Source: Octopus vulgaris
Taxonomy: Eukaryota
DNA: 64,000 nucleotides
NCBI GenBank assembly: GCA_951406725.2
Contig: OX597814.1
Coordinates: forward strand, 15,438,001-15,502,000
Reading direction: 5' to 3'
The notes under the pieces were generated by a model. It ran no database searches and was not told the origin of the DNA. It saw only the letters and a program-made list of their open reading frames with translations. The translations under genes were made by a program, and so were the position numbers. This document shows positions 52,935 to 64,000 of this stretch, in pieces (the first letter of the stretch is position 1; every line of letters starts with the position of its first letter).

Positions 52935-54900
52935 GTGTCTTATCGGTTGGATCCAGAGGCCGAGGCCATGCCGAAGCGCCATCTTTCAGGGTGACTTGGT
53001 TTAATTTCTGTGTTATTTTTCGTAAAGTAACGAGTTGGACGGAGTTAGTCGTTTTTGTGTCTCCAGCCGTAATGCGGGGTCATCATGTATCTCAGATAAA
53101 AAGGTGCCCAGATATTCTTTGAAGACATCCATATCTACACCTCGCAAATTTCTGAGGCTGTTTGGCAGAATGTTGAATAGTTATGAAAGCTTAAAAGTGA
53201 CAATATTGGGTTCTTATTCGAGATGGAGATGACGGAAGCTTTGGTACAAGTACTATACAGTGTCGTCAAGTTCGGTGGTTGGTATAGCTTTATAGAATTG
53301 CAAATCTTTCAATCCTTCTCTCTAGCGAGTAGAACTTCAGTTCATTCTGTCTCTCCCAGTAGTTCATCTGTTGCAACAGCTCAATCTTCTTAGTGTAGTG
53401 GCGCTGGAGTACCTCAAGTTCCGCGACCAGTTTCCAGTCCTGCATTGACTAGAGTTGAGTGCAGTAATTTTGAAGAATGAGAACGAAAGTTCTCGATATG
53501 ACTAAGATGGTATCCTTTTCCCTAGTTCCGAAACATCTCAGAATCCTTCTAGTTACTCACATGCAGAGAGTTACCTTCTTGGAAATATGCGCGTTGAATG
53601 TTTCATCATTACTTATATGGATTCCTAGGTCACGCACCGACTCTGACGCTGGGATTCCACTACTACCGCTTGGTCCAGTGTAGTCTGACTGTAGCCAGTT
53701 TGTGGACCGATAGTGAAACTTCTCAACAGTGAAATGTATGCTATATTCATTAGCCTACCTGTATTCTACATTTAGATCTTTCTGCAGTCTGGGAATGTTA
53801 TCAGTGTCTTTGATACAATTGTATTATCATCATAGCTGGTGAGGGTGGTTGCATCAGTCTGATTTTCTAGCGATACCAAGGTTCCACAGTTAGTGACATG
53901 TCTTTCCATCACGATTTTTGTCAAAGGCCTTGGCAAGTTGAGGTATATTACCTCCACATTTGAGAGGTCGAGCTGTTGTTTCAGTACCCAATCATAATGT
54001 AATAGCTGCGTAAAGCAGCTCCTTCCATCAAACGGAAGCCATGGGTTTTGTTTTTTTTTAGTATGTTATTTCCTTTCAAGAACGTGATCAGCCTCCTCCT
54101 GAAGATGCGTGCCATGATCTTGAGAACATATGAGATCAGAGACATAGGCCGATAATTTTTATAATTTGCTCTGCTTCCACTTCTATGGATTGGACATATA
54201 CCTTCTTTTAACATTTTGAGAAATGTACCACATTCCAAGCCACTTTGAAAAAAATATCCGCAACGTTCTACGAAGACTTTCTTGCATGGTTTTAAAAGAA
54301 GAATCGGATATCCATCTGGGCCCGTTGCTGAGTTCAAGTTCAACTCATTAATGATTAATATTACATCTTTGTCTTTTATGCCGAGATGCAATCAATGTTT
54401 TCCTCTTGCCCACGTACGTCAACGGTGTTGGAGAAATCATCAGGCTTGTTTATTTGTATGTTTCCCATTGGAGAGGTGAAATCACTTTAGAATTTTTTAT
54501 TTAGCACTTCATGTATCCTACTGGGGTCTGCAGTCATTGAACCGTCTTCTTCAAAAACTGACCTTTTGTAAATTCGCAGATGGATTTAGGATTTGTTTAT
54601 ATATAATCCACATCCATATTCCATTCATTTATATATATTCCATATATATTTTTCCCACTGCCCTAGTTCCTCTTTCTCCCATTTCTTCTTCATATGAGAG
54701 TATGTGTTAAATTTCAAAATCCAAGGAGGGATTTCTTGTTGTCGTTAAGTTGTTTACTTAAGCGTTTACAGTTCTTTATTCTTTGTCTCCAAAGATTCTT
54801 CTGTCTCGGGAATGATGATTATGTATGAATTAGCTCTTTTCTTTGGGATACATTTAACGGACATGCCTAGCCTTACTGACAACATTTTTTCAGCTTAATA
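52935..54900 (-). mobile_element. decayed CR1-group LINE ORF2
   Basis: SATGPDG, NYRPMSLIS, HGFR, EVIYL, LTSYDDNT (YADD-like), VRDLGI, NYWER..YSLERR; many disablements; 5' boundary approximate. Confidence 0.88.
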
Positions 54901-55351
54901 CTAATCACTAATATAGAGAGAATTTGCTTGAAAATCGGTTTTCAATTCACTTCCGGTCAGTCTTGTAGCAAGTAAGACTTGATAGGTTTGGGTATACCTG
55001 CGTTGATACATCTGTAAGTCGTTTCAAATCATGTATATATACATATACAAAGTTGAAAATACTCACAGATTGCTTATGAATATATATTTAAATTAAAATT
55101 AACACAATTGATAGATTTTACATCTACATGAATTTGAAACGAGTAAGTTTTGAGGAACGTGGGGCTGTGTCACAAAATGTCAAAATTTGCACTTTTGAAA
55201 ATCAAGTAAACATGAAACCGGTTAAGTTTAATAATTTAATTTCAGTAAATCTTTATATATATTTGTTATATCGCTCGTTCGGATGACCTCTACTCAACTC
55301 CTCGACGTCTAGACTTCTCCTTCTATATCTACGTATTGGGCTAGCCTACTT

Positions 55352-55595
55352 CATCGTTTGGGGCGTCGACACAACAATATTCTCCGACCCTTTAAAGTTT
55401 TAACTATTTTCCATATATTAAGTATATACGTATGTATGCATGTATGTATGTATACATGTATTTATGTAAGTGTGTGTACACACACTTACATAAATACATA
55501 CATACATGCATACATACGTATATACTTAATATATGGAAAATAGTTAAAACTTTAAAGGGTCGGAGAATATTGTTGTGTCGACGCCCCAAACGATG
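55352..55595. repeat. ~244-bp palindrome, no spacer
   Basis: Centre 55477|55478; arms identical except 8 extra nt in the left microsatellite portion. Confidence 0.95.
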
Positions 55596-56193
55596 TGTGT
55601 GGGTTTACAAGTGGGTGAACAAACCAAAGAAAGTAGCACTCGACACATTTTTTAGGAGTTGCATATGTTTTTAATAACAACTGGAATCAGTCCTCAGTCT
55701 CTTACGCACGTATTAAATTTGAAGACATGTCGAGCTAAGGCAAACAATTATTAATATGTGCGTGTGTGTGTGTGTGTGTGGGGGGTATTTTAAAATCAGG
55801 TTTGTCGCAGCAAATTATGTGACTAAAATTTGCAATTTCAGTAATTTTCTGCTGTTGTAAATCAATATTTAGTTATTGTCTACATATTGGCAAACTGGTT
55901 ATAAATATCAATCATGAACCCGAAACACATAAACTTTAATTAAATTCGGTAACCTTTATAACGTTCATATTATAATAACTTATATTATTTTTTCAAGTCA
56001 CTGTATTCCCTTTAGCTCTAACAATATTTTGTTCAGTTTCTTAGAATTATTTCTGTGATGAAAATCGAGAGCATTACACTGCTATGCAGAACCACGCGTG
56101 TGCTTATATGTATGTGTTTGTGTGTATGTGCTTGTATGGGTATTTGCGTGTATGGATATACATAAATAATTCTATAAACCTCTACAAATACAT

Positions 56194-56228
<35 letters not shown>

Positions 56229-56419
56229 TTGTTTTTGCTGATAAGTTGTTTTTGTCTCATTTTGTCTAAAAGTCGTAAGACACCCGTTGTTATCCTGTTT
56301 TTAACCATTACTGTTTTCAATTTTATTTTCGTTTCTTGTATTTATATTCGTCTCTGTTGCGTTTATATTCTTTCCTTCTACCAAGAAATCTAATGCCCAC
56401 AGCTTAGTTTTTTCTTTGG

Positions 56420-56503
56420 GGCTGGCCGAGTTGGAGCAAATATCAGAATTAAACAGCCGAAATTTGCCATGATGATTCGGTTTCTGACTGAAGATTGAAG
56501 GCT
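56420..56503 (+). ncRNA. candidate rearranged (non-circularly permuted) hammerhead ribozyme in TA-nested element ~56228-56578
   Basis: GCAAA-TA-TCAGAA (56436-56448), CAGCC-GAAA-TTTGC (56454-56467), TTCTGA-CTGAAGA (56482-56494). Confidence 0.55.
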
Positions 56504-56574
56504 TCGAATGACCTGTCTGTTTTCCGTGTTCGTCCCTTCGTGTATTTCACGTTCTTTATATATAAATTTTTATT

Positions 56575-56623
<49 letters not shown>

Positions 56624-56844
56624 TTTTATATATAGAGGGCATTATACATACATGCCAGCGGGCATTATACATACATGCCACACGCTAAGAGGGACAATTA
56701 GTCATTTCTACCAAAAATATTACTAATCCCACCGAGTGCAATTTTTCAAAGTAAGACATTTAAAAATATAGACCTGTATCACAGTGATTTCATACTTACT
56801 TCTTGTTAAGTTTTCCTTATTAAGTAGTTGTCCTTAATTGCTAA

Positions 56845-56897
<53 letters not shown>

Positions 56898-57569
56898 CAT
56901 ACATATATATATATACATACATATATATACACACACATATATACACACACACACACACATATATACATATATAGACACGCAGACACACACACACATATAC
57001 ATATCTATACATATATATATATATATAAATTAACAATTAACAGAATGAGATAATAATCCAAGGCTGTGAAAGATTTCATAACAGTTATAAATAGAAGCTC
57101 TTACAGTTGTTTCCGAGATATTTAGTTATTGTGGATAAGATATGAAATAGAGATTCCTGTACCTTCTGAGTAAGTTCCAATAGTATTTAAAATTAGTCAT
57201 TCCAAGCATAGAGCTTTTTAATCAGTGTTTTTTATGTTGGGAATGTATTTGTAAGGTCCAATCAAAAACAGGAAGAGAGGAAAAAGAAAAGAAAACAAGA
57301 AGAGCGTGGAGAGAGACAATAAAGAAATGAAGAGAGTGAAAGTGGACAGGTTAGTGGTCATCAAGGTAAACTTATAGAAGGAATGGGGAGGTGAGGGTGA
57401 TAGATAGAGAAAGGTATGAGAGTTTAAAGATATGAGAAGGTAAAGAGTAAAGGAGTGTCAGGTATGTAGTGATAGAGCCTAAGTTAGGGGCAGAGAGGGA
57501 GAAGGGGTCAGGGTAGAAACATTGTGGAATGAAGAATTTAGTATTATAGGTTAGTACGTAGTAGTAGAA

Positions 57570-57628
<59 letters not shown>

Positions 57629-58389
57629 AGTGTGTGTGTGAAGATGTATACACATGCATATATTAAACATGTATATAGATATTCATATACATCAACACCT
57701 ACACACACAACACGTACTCATATATTTATGTACATACGCACACCCATATATACGTGTATCTGTATGTATTTTCACCCCTGCACACACAGGTATATATACT
57801 TTGCATACACACACACACACACACACACACATACACTCATGTACACATACACGTACATACATATGTACACATATACATACAAACATAATTAAATGATTGT
57901 GATATTCGAGTGTGAAAGAGGATATTCGAGTGTGAAAGAGGCATTAGGAGTTAAAATGTAGATTTATAAGGTTATTGGGGTTACCTAAGGGGTATTGTGG
58001 AAATATACTGTATTGTCATTTAGGCATTTTGATGTGTGGTAGAATTTTAATGTGCGAAAAAAGCGGTGATTGCATGTACTTTAGTATCAAAATACATAAT
58101 CATAATTCTAGTCATACGAACTCTCAACATACACACACCTCCAGCACAGATACCCTTACATTAGACCACAACTCATCCCATTCTACTGACACTACCCGGA
58201 GCACCACCGCAATGTTTACTACTCTTTCAAATAGTACAATTAACAACAACAATAGTTATAATAACAATGATGGTAATGATAACGTTAATAATACTAATAA
58301 TCTATACTTTTTTTTACCTCTTCTCTAACCTCTCCTCTGACAATACTACCTCCTCTATTCCTGAATACAATCCCCCAAATTCACCTAAT

Positions 58390-58820
58390 TGTAACTGCCG
58401 TTCTGGAACCAACTGCCCGTAACAAACCCATTACAGAAGATATAATATAATTTACAAATGCACTGTAAATTACAGAACTCTACACCCATTTACATAGGAT
58501 CAACCAAAATTGTAAAGCAACGATATGCCGCTCACCTCCATTCTTTTAGATACGATAAACATAGTAAATCTATAACACTCGCCAACCACATACATCATCT
58601 CAAAAATAAATATATACTCTATAATCTATCATGGTCCATACTGGATTCAGGGCTTCCCTACCGAGGTCAACGCTCAACCTGCAAGTTTTGCCCGAAGGCG
58701 TCGCTTCACATGTTAAAGCACAACTCTCCAACACTGCTAAATAGACATATTGAGGCACTAAGCACATGCAACCACCGCTTTTTCACACATTCAAATTCTA
58801 CCACAAATCAAAATGCCTAA
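58390..58820 (+). pseudogene. PLE GIY-YIG endonuclease domain (stop plus frameshift)
   Basis: CNCRSGTNCP*..NIIYKC..PIYIGST..KQRYAAHLHSF..TLANHIHHLK..WSIL..CKFC..LLNRHIE..CNH. Confidence 0.88.
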
Positions 58821-58998
58821 AAGACCATACAGTATATTTCCACAATACCCCTTAGGTAACCCTAATAACCTTATAAATCTACATTCTAACTACTAATCCC
58901 CCTTTCACACTCGAATATCCTCTTTCATACTCGAATATCACAATCATTTAATTATATTTCTATGTATATGAGTACGTACGTATGTACGGGCGTGTGTA

Positions 58999-59051
<53 letters not shown>

Positions 59052-59739
59052 AAGGTACACATACCTGCATGTGCAGGGGTGATAATACATATAGATACAC
59101 GTATATATAGGTTTGCGTATGTACATATACATATGAGTACGTGTTGAAGTGTATGAATATTTTTCATACCTTTTTCTCATATATCTTCCATGCCTTTCTC
59201 TCTCTATCACCCTCACTCCCCATTACTTCTACCTGACACTCCTTTACTCTTTACCATCTCATCTCTTTACACTCTCATACCTTTCTCTATCTATCACACT
59301 CACCTCCCTATTCATTCTATCAATTTATCTTGACTAACCACTAACCAGTACACTTTCCCTCTCTTCATTTATTTATTATCTCCCTCCCCACTCATCTTTT
59401 TTCATTTTTCTTTTTTCTTTTCTTTTTCTTTTCTTTTTCCTCTCTTCCTGTTTTTGATTGGACCTTACAAATGCATTCCCAACTTTTAAATCACTTAAAA
59501 AAAATCCCTCGATTTAATAACACCGTTTTGGCAAACTCTATGCTTGGAATGACTAATTTTACATACTATTGGAACTTACTCAAAAGTTACAGGAATCTTA
59601 TATAGATACAATTCTGCCTAAATAATGGAACTACACATACAATATCCCTACATATCTCACGTCTATTTTCATTCCTCCACTTCACTCTCTACTTCATGTG
59701 TTATCTAGAATAACTATTGCTTAACCATTGTCTCACACC

Positions 59740-59787
59740 GTCTCCGATGAAGGGATATATAAAATATCCCGGAAACAGCCGTAAGAT
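59740..59787 (+). ncRNA. minimal hammerhead ribozyme, U4C variant
   Basis: GTCT-CCGATGA-A-GGGATAT..ATATCCC-G-GAAA-CAGCCG-TA-AGAT; the inverted arm retains GAAACAACTGTAAG on the - strand (~57100-57113). Confidence 0.7.
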
Positions 59788-60278
59788 CTGTTTATAAATG
59801 TTCTGAAATCTTTCACAACCTTGGATTTTTATCTCATTCAGTTAATTTTTTTATATATACGCATGCTGATATATGACCTACATTGGACTCCTCATTCGCA
59901 TAATCACCGAACCTGGAGCTTAACTATAGTCTGTCCATAGCATTTACTCAGCATTACCTGACACCTTTGGGTCTTATTGATACCATTACCTCTCATAACC
60001 TCTCTCTCTATATATTTATGTGTGTGTGTGTGTGTGAATAAAAATTTCATGTTTCTACTTGAAATTGTTTCTATATATAAAAGTTTCACTGTAAAAATGT
60101 AAGAGTGTTTTCACAAGTTGAGTTTTAAAAAAATATTTGAAACTTCCATTTTTCAAAAACAGTTCGTTAAAAAAATATATTTTCTGAATAAACATCAGTG
60201 AAAAATAAAATCACTTTTTACCAACCTGTTTACGCTCTTATCATTTTCACTAAAGGATGTTCTTCATTGCAATTTTTA

Positions 60279-61615
60279 GTATAGTTAATGAGAGAAATAC
60301 ATTAAGATTAATTTTAAATAGAAATATCGCTTCTATCGTTTCCCAGACAATGGATGTAACAATTAGTTTGTGTGTTTCTTGTCGATTATGTTCTTTTGAT
60401 AAGGGTATATTCCGGCTATTATTTTCATAGTGTAATGTTTTTACTTATAATGTATAAAGAGATTCCTTTCAGAGTGAGAATGATGTTTCATTTAAATATC
60501 AGATAAAATCATAAAGTAACGGATTTTTATTCTCACACGCACAAAAAAGTAAAAGATAAAGAAAAGACACTTACTTTCCTCCAAAAGTTTTTTATTGATT
60601 TTTATTGTAATTGATGCTGATATTAGTGTTGTTGTAATTACTCCCATTTTTATCAGGCCTAATCCAGTAACATGATGCAGAAAACCTATCATAAATTTCT
60701 AATTCAAATTACTTCAATCCACCTACGTATTCAGAAGTGTGTGTGCATTAAAACATGCACAAACACACACACATTCACAGACATACACACTCATTCGCAT
60801 AAAAATACGTTGGTGTGCCAGTATACATATATTCACAATTGCACACATACAAAACAAACAAACAAACTTTCACATACACGTATTAGCAAATATATGTGAC
60901 TTCGTTTTCTATCAGACCAGCCTCTGATATTCTTTGCTCAATTGATATCCCTTTGTACGCTGTCCTTTTGCTAAAAATACGATTATGAAGTAATGCACAT
61001 TTTATATTATATTTTTTATGATATTTCTTTTATAATTCCTTATAACACCCTAGTCTCTCATTTAATTCTCTAATTACCTCATTATTCAATTTTATAGTGT
61101 TACAACGTAGTGTCCCGTGAGCTATCAGGTAGGTTGTCTTACAATTAATTATGAGGTCATAGATTTCTTTCTTAATCAGTTTGACTCATTTTTGTCTCTG
61201 GGCCAAGCATTAGTTATCTATTTCTCTAACAACCATAAAGCATTTTCACACCCCCTTTTTTTGTACCAAGTATTCGATTATTTCCGGCTTACACGTCTCC
61301 CCGATTATCAATGCATTTAGAAATTTGTGTCCTTTTCCTTCTTACGTCGATGATGCGTTGGGTAAACCGATAGAAAACTATTGTATAGTTAATGAGAGAA
61401 ATACATTAAAATTAATTTTAAATAGAAATATCGCTTCTATCGTTTCCCAGACAATGGATGTAACAATTAGTTTGTGTGTTTCTTGTCGATTATGTTCTTT
61501 TGATAAGGGTATATTCCGGCTATTATTTTCATAGTGTAATGTCTTTACTTATGATATATAAAGAGGTTCCTTTCATTTAAATATCAGATAAAATCATAAA
61601 ATCATAAAGTAACGG
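60279..61615. repeat. direct repeat pair, ~240 bp (60279-60522 and 61383-61615)
   Basis: Long near-identical run GTATAGTTAATGAGAGAAATAC..TTCATAGTGTAATG in both copies. Confidence 0.95.
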
Positions 61616-61845
61616 TTAAAATCAATTGTATATGTATTCATACATGTATGTATATAGAAAAACAGCAGTGACAGGTTATATTTCGAAAGGACGTCCATGT
61701 TCGCATGACGTACGTCCGTGAACATATGTAGGACACAGGACTTTGCACTCTGAGAGTTGGCGCGCGGAATGTCATCCTGCACAGCCTGCACGGAAATTTG
61801 ATCATGAGTTGGAGACAACTACCATGGTTAATGTGGCACAGATTG

Positions 61846-61879
<34 letters not shown>

Positions 61880-61985
61880 ATTTCGGAACTGTCATTTATT
61901 CATTTATCTACTTTCCTTTTGTCAAATAAACACACGCATTACATATTCGTTCTTCACTCGTTTATTGCTGTTCTTATTCTGACCC

Positions 61986-62775
61986 ATGTCCATTGTCCCG
62001 ATCAAAATGTCTCCTGATGTGTGTCACAGCACAGAGGACCTCCTTAGCAGAATCAATGACTGCAACCATGCCTACGACCTGGCCGGATGCATAATAAGCA
62101 ATAAGGACGTAGTATCCTTATACCCATCTATTGATGCTGATTTTGCTGTAGGGAAATGTGTAGCGGTGATTAGCGGGATGAAAGTGGAATTTCATGGTGT
62201 TGACACAGAAGAAACGGGCATCCCCCTAAGACTGACATATGACAATGGTTACTTAGATGAACATGACGTCAGTTGTTTCTGCGTCATTAGATAAGTAAGA
62301 GGGTGATCCCCAGTTAATATAACTTCTATGGCGAGGAAGACCCCTAGAGAGAAATGGAACGGGTGGACAAAAGCTATTCGGAGCCCAAGAAAAGATGAAC
62401 AGGTTTAAAACATAGTGACCCATGCGTCGGGTGCGAGTACCAAGATGATACTCAAGGGCCACATATTTAAGTTTAATATCAAGATATACACCCAAGAAAA
62501 AGGAGCAGGGATCGGTATCGGTATGGCTGGCGATGTGGTTAACCTATTTATGGTATGGTGGGATAGGAGACTCAAAAAGAAATTAGCAGAGAACTCCATA
62601 ACCCTAGCCATGTACACCCGCTATGTGGTTGATAACAATATAGTAGCCAAAGCACACCTACAAGACAATGTTGATGATCTAGAAGCTAACTCTATGGGTA
62701 GCATCCAGTAAATAGCTTACTCAATCCACCAGAGTATCATAGTAACGATAGACTACACTAACAGCAAACCCACCG
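61986..62775 (+). mobile_element. Penelope-like (Neptune-type) reverse transcriptase fragment, pseudogenised
   Basis: STEDLL, KDVVSLYPSID, HIFKFNIKIYTQEKGAGIG, LFMVWWD, YTRYVVD (RYVDD), IAYSIHQSIIVTIDY; 61873-61985 may be an inverted terminal piece. Confidence 0.85.
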
Positions 62776-62781
62776 TGGAAT

Positions 62782-62876
62782 AAAGTGTCCTGCTCAAGAA
62801 CACAACACACAACCCCGTTCGGGAATCAAACCCACTACCTCGTGATTGTTATCCCGACGCTCTAATCACTTAGCCT
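62782..62876 (-). mobile_element. tRNA-derived SINE head with V-domain-like segment
   Basis: Minus strand GGCTAAGTGATTAGAGC..GGTTTGATTCCC..TGTGTTCTTGAGCAGGACACTT; related heads at ~32385-32490 and ~34450-34565 (+). Confidence 0.7.
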
Positions 62877-63304
62877 TCACTATCATAATTGGCTACTATT
62901 AACATCATTCTGAATAAGAAATGTTTTCAGATCAAAAATTATATTGTTTTTTCATTCATCGTATTCCTCTTTTAGATTAGCTAAATCCGTCATAACTAAT
63001 TTTACCCATCATCCGAAGTAGTCCTAAACGTGAATGTTTCTCGAAGCCATGCTACTAGATAGATTGCTGTTGACGTTGTGCTGGGTTCATCTGTACTTTT
63101 GATGAGCTTAATTTTTGTGTTGCAATCTTTCTAGCAATCCCTAATTCAACAGGCTAACCGAGTAGGCATACCGGTTTAGTCACTGCTGACTCCCTTTTGT
63201 AACAGGTTGCACTGCTTTACATGCAAATTATAGCACACATAAGCTATTTAATCTTAATACATAAATACTTGTTCATACGCGAATATATGTATTGTATATA
63301 CGTA

Positions 63305-63360
<56 letters not shown>

Positions 63361-64000
63361 GCATACACACACACTCATATACACACGCACACACACAGAC
63401 ACACATATATATATACATACATTTATGTATGTGTTTGTGTGTGTGTGCATATGTGTTTTGCTTTATGCAAAATGATATGTTCATCTTACTCACTCATAAC
63501 GTTATGAATATACTTCACTACTTTATCGAACGTTTTCGTTTACATTTTTAGCCGGCTGAAAATACATTAAGTACTTGGAGGATAAATATACTACAAGAAA
63601 TAAAATGAAAACAGCAAGCTGGAAACTAAATATCTTCGCTTCATTTAAAAAAAAAGCTAAGTAACACTTTTTACTAATGTATGCATAACCATTTGATATA
63701 GAAAATCGACGAATACACAAACGCTTTCTTTCAACTTAAGTTACTTGGTATTATATGTATGTACGTACAAAAGTAAAACCTTACATTTATAGATGCAGGC
63801 AAACACATGCACCAAGTAAACCAAATATTTGATATGCTTTGATGAAAATTATGAAGAATCCATTTATCAAAAGCATTTCTCTCGCTTTTAAAGTAATGCG
63901 AACCTGTAAAGATCTGAGATACATCACAAGAATGTTATGGTGTTGGTTATGTTGTTAGTACAACTAAATTCTTTCCTGAGAGGTACATGATTCAACGATA

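Larger units (their letters stand above)
57030..59850 (+). mobile_element. 5'-truncated Penelope-like element (Naiad-like) with inverted 5' copy of its 3' end
   Basis: 57030-58085 is a diverged reverse complement of 58758-59850; centre encodes a GIY-YIG endonuclease; HHR-like motif near the 3' end; flanked by TA-rich tracts. Confidence 0.9.

Noticed and set aside
56389-56470. Twister or HDV-like ribozyme reading of the TAATGC..CGAAA motif
   Set aside because: The twister loop motif and the HDV P3/L3/P4 elements are not found; the rearranged hammerhead fits better.
58390-58820. Selenocysteine recoding as described for some Naiad PLEs
   Set aside because: The in-frame stop is TAA at a non-Cys position; no TGA at cysteine sites is seen in this copy.

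Overview
Repeat-saturated, AT-rich eukaryotic DNA with no intact protein-coding gene that I can identify. The SINE families and extreme microsatellite load suggest a coleoid cephalopod, probably Octopus (inference). Almost all ORF-track entries are translated microsatellites. Recognisable content: three abundant tRNA-derived SINE families; decayed mariner and maT (DD37D) transposons and MITEs; two non-autonomous Helitrons; CR1 and R4/Dong LINE fragments; Penelope-like element (PLE) remnants, including a Naiad-like GIY-YIG copy with ~1 kb inverted arms and a Neptune-like RT fragment. The most notable signal is a set of short non-coding elements nested in (TA)n tracts that carry hammerhead-ribozyme (HHR) cores and/or long palindromes. 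These include a canonical HHR (41503-41566), minimal dimer-type HHRs, a 153-bp palindrome with an HHR on each strand (23822-23974), and a candidate non-circularly permuted HHR (56420-56503) with a diverged, covarying homologue at 37365-37444. A few minus-strand splice sites hint weakly at a host gene with large introns. All structures were read by eye; none has been computed or tested.
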